Below are positions 21,301-33,185 of a stretch of DNA of 39,569 bases, one piece after another; the first letter of the stretch is position 1, and every line of letters begins with the position of its first letter. Source of the stretch: Nemertoderma westbladi (lineage: Eukaryota > Animalia > Xenacoelomorpha). The stretch is from contig JAUCBJ010005151.1 in assembly GCA_032718475.1 (NCBI GenBank), forward strand, positions 1-39,569, given 5' to 3'. Made by a program: the position numbers and the translations under genes. Under the pieces are notes generated by a model that ran no database searches, was not told the origin of the DNA, and saw only the letters and a program-made list of their open reading frames with translations.

Positions 21301-24300
21301 TTGGAGCGATTAGAGGAACAACTGTTTCAACAACCCCAAGGACCTCAAGAGCAGGGAGAGCTGCTTTATCAAGTTAGAGAACGAATCTTACGGATCAGAC
21401 TAATCCTTTCGGCCTTTGAGGAAGCCTCGAAGAGAAGCCAAGACACGTCGTCGCAAGTTGCCGTAAAGACTTGGTTCCACCGTGTGATTCTTAAAGTCCA
21501 AGGAACGACCCAATGGAAAATTCAGCTAACTGAGCGCTCGACCCACGGAGAATCAACAGACGCTACCTTTTCTCAGGTGGAAAGCGAAGTTACATCAGAG
21601 AAACCTCAGAAGAAGGACGCCATTGACATCTATCTGTCGGACTATCAACGATTTATAGGTGACAAAGAGTTAAGGAGACGGCTAGCTGGACTTCACCCTA
21701 ATAGTGAGGGAGCCAAATTTGTGTTAGACTCATTAGATGCGGAAATGTTAGCCGCAGAGCAGGCTAAATTCGATGAAAGCATCCTCATTGCTAGGGAACA
21801 GGAAGAACAATTAAAGAAAAAACGGATAGAAGACAGAAAGGCAGCGGCAGTGGCAGCGGCAGAAGCGGAAAGAAAAGCGGCAGAGGCAGCGTTAGAAGTG
21901 GAAAGAAAAGCGGCAGAGGCAGCGTTAGAAGCGGAAAGAAAAGCGGCAGAAGCAGCGTTAGAAGCTGAAAGAAAGGCGGCAGAGGCAGCGGTAGAAGCGG
22001 AAAGAAAAGCGGCAGAGGCAGCGGTAGAAGCGGAAAGAAAAGCGGCAGAGGCAGCGGCAGAAGCGGAAAGAATAGTGGCAGAGGCAATGGTAGAAGCGGA
22101 AAGAAAAGCGGCAGAGGCAGTGGCAGCAGCCGAACGGAGGGCATCTGAAGAGACAGTCCAACTAGAGTTGGAAAATCTTCAAGAGATGCAAGACTACTTA
22201 AATAAACAGAGAATAGCTAGTCATATGCAGATGATAAGTCAATCTACTCCCAAGAGACAGGGATTTACATCATCTGATGAAGGCGATACAACAGATCCTG
22301 AAGGCGGAGGAAATAGATCTTGTTCCAGCAGACGTAGAAGAACGCCACACCGTCAGAAATTGCCTAATTTGCCCCCAGCTGTGAGAAGGCAACTAGCTAG
22401 TGTAGACTTAGGTAGTACAGAACCCACAGACCAAATTATTAGAGTGGAAAGACTCCCTACTATAATAGATGAGCCTGAAACAATTAGGCCTGTTCTAGAA
22501 GCCACTCCCTCTGTGATAGAGACACCTGTACTTCCAGAACCTAACTCTAAATTCCCTTTGCACAGTACTAAATTACCTGTACCCAGTAGGACAGTTCCAG
22601 AGTCAATTCCAGTCCTGGACGCTGAGTGAGACATTAACGATTTATCGCCCATCGTACCTTGTCTACCCGCTACTATGTTGGCGGCTCCCGCTTCGGCGGT
22701 AGAGTGGGTGGATGAGGGACGGCGGGAGATGGGTCTCCTGCTCGGGCAGCTGAGGGAACACCATGTGTGTTCCTCCCAGCAGGTCCGGGAGTTGGAAGGG
22801 ACTGTTCAGCAGTTAAAGGGAACAGTAAGAGAGGGTAGGTTAGAGTTGCAAGAAGTGCAGCAGAGTATCGCGTTAGAACGTGATAAATTGGTAAATATAC
22901 AAAGGGGTATAACACCACCCCCTGTAACAATGTGTCAACCTGTTAGTTCTGAAGTATTTCATGGGCAAGGTGTGGAGCCTACACGCATATATACTGCTAG
23001 TGAAGTAGAAACTCCTATAGTAAACCCTATTAAGGGTAATTATAAACCTGTTGATAATGATATTCCATATAGACCTGATCATAATCCGGGAAATTTATAT
23101 ACCGATAACTCGATATTAAATAATATGATGGCCCAAGAAAGTTTTACGCGTCAAATGGCTAGAACCGAAGCCCGTCAAGCGGTAAAGGTGGGAGAGGTCG
23201 TCAAGTTCAATGGAGATGAGATGAAATGATTACCTTTTAATGAATATTATAAAGATAACATACAGAACTCTGTACTATCTAACGGAGAGAAACTTAGATT
23301 CCTCATCGAGTGCTTGGAAGGACCTCCCAAGTTAATGGCGTTAAAGTTTATTGGACATCCAGATGGATTAAGACAAGTTTGGGATACACTAAACATCAGG
23401 TATGGTAATAGGACTAACATAGCTAGGTATTTGTATTCGAAATTAGTAGCACCCCGAAAGTTCCTTAGCAGCGGGATTATAGAGTTTTCCGATGAGATTC
23501 AGGAGATCTGTAGACAACTAGATTGGTTAGGTAAGTCTCATGAATACCAGAATTCTATGGTTGTAGGAGCCTTAGCATCAACTTTGCGAAATGATGGAGT
23601 AGGTACTCGCTGGGACAAAAAGGTTCTCTATTTGATGGACCAACAACATAGAGATCCAACCATGATGGACCTTCTGTCATTCTTAAACAGAGAGGTCAGA
23701 TTACAACTCCTAAAACAGTCTAGAGAGAAAACTCCTGAAAGTAAGGTAAGTGAAAAACCCGTTACTAGGAGAGAGGTAACACCAGTGTGTTATACGGATT
23801 GTGGGAGTCAGACGACGTCCTACGATGAAAACAGCAGTAAGGACACCGAAAGATCTTATTATGTCAATAAACCGAGGAAAGACGTAAGTAAATCTAAGTC
23901 TCGAACCAGTGACAGGAGAGAACAGAAGATAGAATATATAACCAGTGACAGGAGAGAACATGTAACAACTCCTCCTACGTCTCCTAAGAGAATTCATGGA
24001 AGAAAGCCCGAAGAAAGAACAAGGGTGCACAACACAACACAAGTTAAAGTAAGTAATATCAATCCCAAATGTGCATTGTGCGACGGGCCCCATCGCTTAA
24101 GTGGGTGTGATGAAATCTTGAAGAAATCCCTTAAGGATAGACGTGATGTCATGTGGGATAAGCGGTTGTGTTATAATTGCCTCAGACAAGGACACCAACG
24201 GCGGACCTGTTACTCAGATGCTAGGTGTGCTAAGTGCGGCGCGAAACATCATATCTTGCTGTACACAGAATTTGACAGAACCTGCACGAGTCAGGTAAGT

Positions 24301-25089
24301 GAACCCGAACTACATGTCCAATTCAGTGATGTGAATGACACTGACTACAGCTCTGAGATGGAAGGATTCTACACGGACGAATTCTCCAACGAATACGAAT
24401 CCTGCTATATGATAAACACTGCGGTGTATCGAGCGCTTACGTATGAGACTGAAACCGATAACGAAGCGCAACCGACTATTCCGGACCGACAACCATCTTG
24501 GAAAGCGCCAACTTCCAACGTCGGAATTCAGGAATTCCCAGTAGTGCAGCTGAGAGTCCACGGGCTAGATAAGAGTTTTATAGTAAACACCCTCCTTGAC
24601 TCCGGCAGCACAGGTACATTCATCGACAAAGAACTAGCCGAAGACATCTTTGCTGGACAACCCAAGTTCCGAACTAATTTGAACCTTTCAGGAATTATGC
24701 AGGTTTGGAAATCCACAGTAGCTACAGACTACTATGTAGGCGCGTTGTCCACTCCCCAGGATAAACTAGGAGAACATAGCATAAGGTCAGTAAAAATGGT
24801 GGCGATAAAGAACTTTGCTACCAGCCAAGTGGAACCTTACAACTGGGATGAAGACCATTTTACCCAGCAGCATGATATCCCTAGATTCAACACCAACTAC
24901 CCAGGGGTACAGATATTGATCAGCCAAAATGCGCATGAGGCGCTAGAGACATTAGAAAAACGGCCTGCTCGACCGCAACCATTACAAACATATGCGGTAA
25001 GAATGAGAGTAGGTTGGTACTTCACTGTACCTTCCCGTAGAACACTCATAGAAAGACTACCTAACGAAAAGGTACATCAGATCAGGTGA
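21301..25089 (+). pseudogene. BEL/Pao gag-protease reading frame with two premature TGA stops (22627-22629, 23227-23229)
   Basis: ORFs 21301-22629, 22675-23229 and 23314-25089 share one frame. DUF1759-like KFNGDEMK*LPFNEYY...LSNGEKLRFLIECLEG; CALCDGPHRLSGC / CYNCLRQGHQRRTC / CAKCGAKHHILL; protease LLDSGSTGTFI, QILISQN, YAVRMRVGW. Confidence 0.9.
21840..22140 (+). repeat. 33-bp coding repeat (EAERKAAEAA[L/V/A]) x ~9 in the gag N-terminal region
   Basis: Visible in DNA and translation; helical 11-residue periodicity. Confidence 0.93.
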
Positions 25090-25496
25090 GTGAATGGGAA
25101 GAAGAAATCAGTGAGGGAGAGTCCACAACTGAGGGAACACCATACTCCTCAGATAATGACGATATTAACCAATACGATGAGGAAAATACAATCGACCTCC
25201 TCACCGAAAACCAAACTTGGTGTTTCCATCATCACTATTCCAGGACGAAGAAGAAACCTGGAATTGTATTCGAAACACAGCAACTCAATCGCCCAGTTGG
25301 TCGTTTATGTTTACTGGAAAGAGACCGAGAACTATCCGGAAACTATGGAAGGCAAGATACTCTTCCCACGACCACCTCCCTAATCCAACAAACATCTAGG
25401 GCTCCCCAACGTAACAGCGTCTGGAGTGGGTGTGTGACTACATTATTTTATATCTGTGTTTTATTATTTTATATTTATGTATGTATTATTATGTAA
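25065..25496 (+). pseudogene. Frameshifted continuation of the polyprotein: acidic linker plus remnant of the BEL/Pao pol C-terminus
   Basis: One extra A in aacgaaaaggt (~25063-25073) would give PNEKGTSDQVSEWEEE... in frame. Contains QQLNRPVGRLCLLE, resembling the RPxxKLxxL motif that ends BEL/Pao pol (DUF5641 region). Confidence 0.6.
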
Positions 25497-25940
25497 TTTT
25501 ATTATAATCGTTTTCTTTAATTTATTTAGTAGAATAATATTTTAGCGATTATTTAGTAGATTAGTGCAATATATATATTCGTGTTTATTACTTAATTACT
25601 TAACATTATATATTTAGTGCAACGGCGAGAAATAATTCTTTTTCTCTTTCCTTACTGTCCGTATCATATTATAAATACGTGACTACAGTAAGATGAAATG
25701 TCCGTACTTATTAAAGTACAATAAAGCTCCTACTATACTCAAGTATTATTGATAAGTAGAGTATTAGGAATGCAAAGTTCAGATCCTCGTGTCTCAGCTA
25801 AACCAAGCTCTGGGTAGACCTTGGAAACAACTTGCCTCTTCTCACTGACATTGCTTCTTGCAATATTGCTCTCATACCGTATATTAAATAATACATATAG
25901 TAGTATGATGTCCCTTTAACAGTAGCGTGAAACGCAAAAT

Positions 25941-26344
25941 AAATCTGTTAAACCCTTTGACCATCTGTAATTCTAGTCGATTAAGATATCGCGGCACCCA
26001 CCGATATACTTGAAAGACAAAATTCTAGAATCAGTGGTTAACGTCCCCAGACAAGTTCTGGAATAAATCGGTGCCCATCTTAAATATTAACTATTTAATA
26101 TTTACAAAAATCTATTAAAACAAATGTTATAATAGAGTAAATGCAGACCAATAAACTCTAAGGAGTTTGTAAACCAAGAAAATCTAGAAATCCAAAATCT
26201 GTTAAAATTCCGATCCTTTAAAATTCTAGTCGATTAAGATATCGTAGTACTTACCGATACTCTTAAAAAGACAAATTTCCTAGAATTAAGGATCCTAGTC
26301 CCCAGACATGCTCTGGAATAAAATTGTGTCTATTTTAATATTAA
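25941..26344 (+). repeat. Diverged ~150-bp direct repeat (25941-26090 and 26195-26344) in the LTR element's internal non-coding region
   Basis: Shared aaatctgttaaa...aattctagtcgattaagatatcg...accgata...aaagacaaa..t.ctagaat...gtccccagaca.g.tctggaataaa. Confidence 0.85.
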
Positions 26345-27152
26345 ATAATAAAATTTATGGGAATAAATTTTAAATTCATATCCTCTCATGAATTTGATAA
26401 ATTGTCATTTTATACAATTTATAGCATTCCCAAAATTCCATTAATTAATAGATCATGGGAGCAGAGATTCACCCTATTAAATATATTAGTGTGAGAGAAT
26501 CTCCAATATATAGTCAATAGCCGATAAAATTCATAAAATCATGTATAAAGGGGAATATTGACAATTAAAGAATTACTATTAAATAGCATCCAAGATCTGT
26601 ATGCATGAGAATTACCCTAATTCTACTGCTAGCTTTCCATAATGTCACCATAGTAACAACTAACAACCACGCTAGAATTAGAAGCGAGTTAAAAGAACAA
26701 TAGAAAGCTTGCCCCATTGAATAGCATACGGAATAAATAGCGCACTGCTAGTATCCAGGGATACATAATAATAACGTGGCATTCTGGAAGGCACTTGACT
26801 AATGGACAAATGGCCCGAATGTGTACAATTTTTGACAGTTGTGTGGAATTTGTGCGTTTATAGGTGAATGTTACTACTAAAGTGTGTTTACAGTAGCGAG
26901 TCGCAGTTGTGAAAGTAGCCCTACCGCTGCAGTAAGAACCGGAAGTAAATCTAAGCTCTTGGTACGGACAGTGGAGTGACTCGCGCTGGTTGTTGTTGTC
27001 GTTGTGTAGCTACTACATTGGCGTGAGGCACAGCGGCGACAGTACATCAGCGCTGAGGATCTTGCGCTGTCCGGGGGCATTGAGGGGTAGGCAGCGAAGA
27101 CCGCTAGCCTAAATATAATTAATTATAATATCGATAAACTCATATAGCAGCT

Positions 27153-28700
27153 ATGACTGAGTTGATAGAAGATGATCTTGGTATCAGGGAGCGATATACC
27201 CTACCATTGCAAGCGTTTGTTGATAGTTTAATGCACGGCGACGCTAGTCAACCCACTACGGAGGACGATGGCCGTTATATCGAACCGCCAATGTCAAAGG
27301 AACAGCTCACGCATGAATTGGACTATAGAAAATTCACCGCTCGCTATACGCATCGTAATGGTACATATATGGACTTCTTAACTACTTGCCATCCTATCGA
27401 TTTACACGATATGGACGATGTAGACACCAAAAGGGAAATGATCCTATTTAAATATCATACCCAGCGGAGTCGGAACGACAAACTGAGAATCGAACACGAA
27501 AATTCTATTCGAAACCAACTCGAAAGAGAAGACGTTAAAGAACCGGATAAACACAGTGACTTCAACGTATATTTGGAATTCTTGAGAGAGACATTGTAAA
27601 ACTGGAGAAAGATCACCCGCGTTTCCCCTACAAGACGTGCGTCTTTGGTATTATTACGATGAATGCCCTAGACCCAACCAACACACGGAAAGACATAAAC
27701 ATCCGCGGAGATGTTGCGCTAAACACAGTTTTATTCGCTATACTTACGGGAGTTTCGAGCGAAATTTGTTCGACATATCACTTACGCTCGCTCGACTCAA
27801 ACGATCCTTAAATAAACCGATGATCAGAGTTCCGGAATACTCGGTCAGACCTCCTCATTCCCTGGTGAGACCTCAGACTCTTGATCCTAATAGTATGATG
27901 GATCCTCCTGAACTGTACTCATTGTTCAAAGATCTAGTGTTACCCTAACAATTATTAGTCGGTGGCACTCTGGTTGTGGGCTCCCTAGATATTCGCCCAT
28001 CCTACCTAGCCGGATTGGGACGCGGACATTTAATATCGCCGTTCAACCCGTATAATCATCCCGGTTTAACCCCGATACAACCTGTCACCGAGGTAGAGGA
28101 GAGAGTTGTACGAAACGCGTTAGACACTATTCGACAAAAGATCGGAAAAGGAACCTACGATTGTTCAGAGAAACGTAAATTGCAGCAGCAAGTCCAAGCG
28201 GTAAACGAATTAGCTTTATCTCAGTTCGATCGGGAAATCCAGAATCTCTAAGAAGATATCGAACTTGGACGACCCTACTCTCTGAAAGAGTTTTGGACAA
28301 ATGCTTCCAACGACAAGCGGAGGAAAATCAGCTCGAGGAGAAGCATATCGATTTCGACAGAGCCCGAGAACGCGAGTCGGAAAGAACCATCAAACCGAGG
28401 AAATTTCTCACTACACACAGTCCACCTACCGCTCTCGTACAGACGACCCGTCAGGGACCAGTAAGAGCTGCTGTACTGAAATGCGCTCTGAAGGTTGTTC
28501 GACCTCGCTCCACTGAGGTTGATATCAATCAACCGGGTACCTCGACCGGCGGATACACTGACCGTAATCCTAAACCTTCCGATGCAATTGTATTGCACCC
28601 TTCACCCAGGAGTTATAGCAGGTAAAGTGGCTCGCCCCAAAGAGAAAAGGACTCTTGCTAGCCTCAAAAAACTGCGTAAACGCTGTTCACGTAAGAAGGA
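27153..28700 (+). pseudogene. Decayed additional ORF (~500 codons, unknown function) at the env position of the LTR element
   Basis: Consecutive same-strand ORFs 27153-27599, 27637-27948, 27976-28251 and 28293-28625, joinable by two frameshifts and two TAA stops; coding-like composition versus AT-rich flanks; starts at an ATG. Confidence 0.65.
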
Positions 28701-28782
28701 CTAACTGTTTAGAGTATTTTTATATTTTAGAAACTGTGATTTTTTATATTTTATAGAATTAAATCCCATTTTCTGGGAGCGG

Positions 28783-30003
28783 TGTAAAAGCTTTTGCGGA
28801 CATAACAAGTCATTTTTCTCCGCAATATACTGTGTAGGTGCTTTGGCGGACATAACAAGCCATTTTCTCCGCAATGTACCGTGTAGGTGCTTTAGCGGAC
28901 ATAACAAGCCACTTTCTGCCGCAATGCGCTTAATACTCTAAAAGACTGGAACTCAGATGACGAAATCTGTCAGCTGATTTACTGTAAACGTGGAACATCT
29001 CTTTGTTCAGCTCGCTCAGCCAATCAGAGCGATTTTCATTTTATCTTGTACAGAGGCCTACGGAAAACCGCGCAATGCATTACGGTTTTTGTTTACCTTT
29101 TCTGAGCCTCGGAACATCGGCTTAGAAATTCTTCTATACTTCTGTAGAAGTTTCAGACTTTGAACTAAACATCAGAAACATCAGATGGCTTTGATTACAA
29201 GAACGTAAAACTATTAACGCAACGCAACGCAATGCAACGCAACGCAATGCAACGCAACGCAACGCAACGCAATGCAACGCAACACAGCACACCGCATCAC
29301 ACCGCAAGTCAACATTGCTGCACATGGAACACTGCATCAGTAACACATACTGACTGTTCACCGCATTATTTGCTTCTGTTATTAATTGGTGTTATGTTAA
29401 TGTATATTGCTGATATATTTGGAGAATACCGATGAATAATCATAAAACCCCAATCTTCTTGATTACTGAAGGTTAGAGGAACAGGTTTACCGGTAGCAAC
29501 TGCGACTTACATTATAGTGGTTTTTGTGTGAATTAAATGCTATTTCATGATCCCTACATGTGTCAGTTGCGATCCTCCTTATATATGATCAAATTCAGTG
29601 ACGGTCGGCAGATCAGTGCGCAGTATTGTGAAGTAGTGTGAAGGTTAATAAAGCATCTCCTAAAGAATGCGCTTTTTACGAAACTCAGTAGCCATCCAGT
29701 TGTGATTAGTATAAGTCATAACTCTGTTTATACTTAAACCGCCACGTCCTAAAGGAACTGTTAATATTTCCCGAAAGTAAATATATTGTCAGAGATTATA
29801 TAGTAACGATCAATCGAATAATACAGTAGGTCTACACTGCAATCACTATCAAAGCATCCGAATCCAGTCTCCCTTAACTGTGGGTGAATGGTCGCGCACA
29901 GGCTGGCTTCGGCTGAAGTAACTTCAGTACATTAAATAATTGATATACAAAAAGACAATTAAAATTGGCAGGTTAAACTGCTAAAGGTCTAAAAGCGCGA
30001 ACA
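28783..30003 (+). repeat. 3' LTR (1221 bp)
   Basis: About a dozen substitutions versus the 5' LTR by eye, a shorter pentamer tract and one fewer AGTAGTGTGA unit. Confidence 0.96.
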
Positions 30004-30008
30004 ATTAC

Positions 30009-30900
30009 GTAAGGATTTAATGAGAATTATTCAGAACAATACAAAAGAGAACAGGAGAACACACAGAGCCTTGTCTGACACCATTAGAAACTACAAAATG
30101 AAACGAAAGACAGCCTAGCCATATAACATTACATAACTGATTACCATATATAAAAATAAGACATCTTGGGTAAAGAACAGAAAAACCTTTCTTTAATAGT
30201 TCTAGAAATCGTTTAGGCCACTCTATAAGGTCGAATGCTTAGTGAAATCTAAAAGGCAGCTGTTGAATGTTTTAAATAATAATTAATTATTTCAGAAGCA
30301 GACCAAGTGCACATGACCGTACTAGAATTTTTACGAAAACCAAATTGTAAATCGTAAATTTGCTTTTTTTTTTTTTTTTTTTTTATAGCTATAGCCCTAT
30401 AATTATTATTGGTCGACAAATTACCTAACTTATTCTTTACAATAGGGATAAAAGATATATGCAAAAGACATTTAGACACTATACCGTGCGACAGAAAGGC
30501 ATTAAACAAATTAGCCAAATTGTGTCTGACTTGTTATTTTTTAACCTTAATAAGGCCTCGTGTAAAATACGGGGCGTTAACATTTCTCGGAAACCTGCAT
30601 AATTACAACTTTCGTTGATGAAATTGTTATTTTCATTAAGTTCCCGAAACGTATCTATTAAATTATTTTCTATATCACCAATAGAAACGTCCCCACTGCA
30701 ATTTTGATTATATAGTGTAGAATATTAGTACCAAAAACATTTGCAATTTCAGGCGGGTTGGTTGCACCATTAATAGAGTTGGATTTAAAACGTAGGTTGC
30801 CTCTAAATTTTTAAACTTCATTGAAAAAATTATTATTACCGCTAAGGCAGGCTTTCAACAATTTGTCCCGCTTAACAGTATTCTGGGATTTCAGTGATAT
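30009..30900 (-). mobile_element. LINE-B 5' portion (decayed RT N-terminal half)
   Basis: IPIVKNKLGNLSTNNNYRAIAI, LQFGFRKNSSTVMCTW, LDFTKAFD, NGVRQGSVCSPVLF, LIKSLRN up to the TSD. Confidence 0.88.
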
Positions 30901-30963
30901 CAAGTATTACTGAATAAATGAAAAATGTACATGTTTTTTTCTTAATACTACTCATATTTTGGG

Positions 30964-31687
30964 GCTGGGGGCTATTGTCCGGGGGGCTACTGTCCAGGAG
31001 ACTACTGTCCGGGGGGCTATTGTCCGGGGGGCTACTGTCCGGGGGTATTGTCCGGGGGGCTACTGTCCAGGGGGCTATTGTCCGGGGGGCTACAGTCGGG
31101 GGGCTACTGTCCGGGGGGCTATTGTCCGGGGGGCTACAGTCCGGGGGGGGGGGGGGGGGGGGGGTGGGGCTATTGTACGGGGGGCTACTGTCCGGGGGAC
31201 TACTGTCCCAGGTGGCTATTGTCCGGGGGCTATTGTACGAGGGGCTACTGTCCAGGGGACTACTGTCCGGGGGACTACTGTCTGGGGGGCTATTGTACGG
31301 AGGGCTACAGTCGGGGGGGTACTGTCCGGGGGGCTATTGTCCAGGGGGCTACTGTCCCAGGGGGCTATTGTCCGGGGGGCTACTGTCTGGGGGGCTATTG
31401 TCCGGGGGGCTATTGTATGGCGGTCTACGGTCCGGGGGCTAGTGTCCAGGGGACTACTGTCCGGGGGACTACTGTCCGGGTGGCTTCTGTCCTGGGGGAC
31501 TATTGTATGGGGGTCTACTGTTCAGGGGGCTACTGTCCGGGGGCTATTGTCCCGGGGGTTATTGTCCAGGGGGCTACTGTCCCAGGGGGCTATTGTCTGG
31601 GGGGCTACTGTTCGGGGGTTACTGTCTGCGGGCTATTGTACAGGGGAGTACTGTTCGGGGGGCTACTGTCCAGGGGGCTACTGTCCT
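30964..31687. repeat. G-rich ~15-bp minisatellite (GGGGGGCTA[C/T]TGTCC)n, about 45-48 copies, with an embedded poly-G run
   Basis: Directly visible; source of the spurious GGLLS / GATVR / GGYCP ORFs. Confidence 0.96.
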
Positions 31688-31787
31688 AGCACAATCAAAT
31701 TAGGGTAGTACATTTTTAGGGTAGTACAGTTAGGTATATACATAGCCCAAGTTTATATATTTTAACGTTTATGGAATTTTATATTTT

Positions 31788-32751
31788 AGGAAATTTAACA
31801 TGTACGTCTCTGAATTGACAAACCTAAATGTACTCCTCGCATAGCACACCTTAAGTAATCACCGTAAAACATAGGGAAAACACTATAAAAACAATATAAA
31901 CCTTCCGGAAAACAGTGAAAAAATTGATCAGCATTAAATTTTACCTATATGCTGCAAAAAAATAAATTTTAAGAGTCTATAATACTGCCCAGGAGGATTG
32001 TTGCCAGGCAACCAGAGCACAGTAACCAATTGGTTACTCGTCGGTCAGTTGGTAGAGGCACACAGTACGGTATTGCTGTATTCTGGTAGGCCTATTACCT
32101 GATTACAGTATTAGGGATGTAGTGAATTCCAGTATTTAGGTATTGCAGTATTGTTAGGGATAGTTAAAGCTAAGCTGTAAATATTCCCATAGGCCTTATA
32201 TTATTTATATTATTCCTATACTGGTATTTAATACACCCGTAGCAGGGTAGGCCTATGCCACTATCTCTGTAACCGGGCTGTCTTAATACTGTAATAGGCC
32301 TACCGGTACTACTAAATATAGAAATATTTACAGCTTTAACTAACCCTAACAATACTACAATACCTGAAAAATGGAATACACTACAGCACTAATACTGTAT
32401 CAGGTAATACTGTAATAAGCCTACCAAAATACAGCAATACCGGTACTGTGTGCCTCTACCAACTGTCCACTAAAACAAGGATGTACTGATTCTGCACTGT
32501 ATGCTGATTGGTTACAGTTCTTTGGTTGCCTGGCAACAAACTTTCTGGGCAGTAGACTCTTTCAATTTATTTTTATGCAGCATATAGGTAAAATTTAATG
32601 CTGATCAATTTTTTCACTGTTTTCCGGAAGGTATATAGTGTTTTTATAGTGTTTTCCCTATGTTTTACGGTGATTACTTAAGGTGTGCTATGCGAGGAGT
32701 ACATTTAGGATTGTCAATTCAGAGAAGTACATATTTTATATTAAATTTCCT
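31788..32751. mobile_element. ~960-bp palindromic foldback element
   Basis: 31788-32030 is the reverse complement of ~32507-32751 (e.g. aaatgtactcctcgcatagcacaccttaagtaatcaccgtaaaacatagggaaaacactataaaaac). Pairing continues inward (~32046-32186 with ~32320-32465). A partial arm subrepeat follows at 32752-32840. Confidence 0.88.
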
Positions 32752-33056
32752 GCTGATCAATATTTTCACTGTTTTCCCGGTGTTTTACAGTGTTTTTCCT
32801 ATGTTTTCCTAGTGTTTTACTGTTTTACTTGTGTTTTCCTATTTTAGAACTATCCTTCCGAGTTGGTTGCCAGAAAAGTAGATCTGGTATGACCTCGTCT
32901 TTACTTCGCCAGCAGTGCCCACTGAATCTTATAACTTATCTTTTATTGGCGCAATTGTAAGACTAATCCCATCACATGCGTACTTTTAAACCGGGTAGTG
33001 TACAAATTTAGGAATCGCGTAATTTTTCTTGAAATTAATATCTCATATCTCTCCAA

Positions 33057-33099
33057 ACCACGCACGCGTTTCGACCTTACTGGGTCTCATCAGTGTGGT
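33057..33099 (-). ncRNA. Second hammerhead copy, probably impaired
   Basis: ACCACA-CUGAUGA-GACC-caguaa-GGUC-GAAAC-gc-GUG-CGUGGU: triplet GUG violates the NUH rule and the core-proximal stem I pair is mismatched. Confidence 0.75.
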
Positions 33100-33185
33100 G
33101 TCGGATTCGAACCTGGGAGCTCGAGGTGGAAGCCGAGACTACAACCACTAGGCCACAGGTTCTTGAGATATTCTTATCTCTCCAA

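Larger units (their letters stand above)
18163..30003 (+). mobile_element. BEL/Pao-family LTR retrotransposon, non-autonomous (no RT/RNaseH/integrase core), 11.8 kb
   Basis: Paired TG...CA LTRs, 5-bp TSD ATTAC (18158-18162 and 30004-30008), short purine tract GGGAGCGG before the 3' LTR, BEL-type triple Cys/His gag knuckles and LDSGS protease. Confidence 0.93.

Noticed and set aside
22270-22310. CTGATGA as another hammerhead core (also ~35759)
   Set aside because: No stem II followed by GAAA; these are coding sequence (gag SDE, RT ADD).
22627-25089. Three in-frame TGA codons in gag-pro, suggesting UGA=Trp recoding or programmed readthrough
   Set aside because: The second TGA is at a conserved Trp, but TGG is used for Trp throughout the window. 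Point mutation explains the first two and a 1-nt frameshift explains the third; other parts of the element are also decayed.
25430-25496. Hydrophobic C-terminus suggesting an env-like TM anchor
   Set aside because: It coincides with T-rich low-complexity DNA and there is no env ectodomain, so probably compositional.
30918-31708. Gly-rich cuticle/keratin-like ORFs (GGLLS, GGYCP)
   Set aside because: All three frames are open only because of the 15-bp G-rich minisatellite, and variable G-run lengths do not preserve frame.
33100-33165. Functional tRNA-Gly(TCC) gene
   Set aside because: The T-arm 3' strand and acceptor stem are missing (replaced by the hammerhead); it is a tRNA-derived promoter head only.
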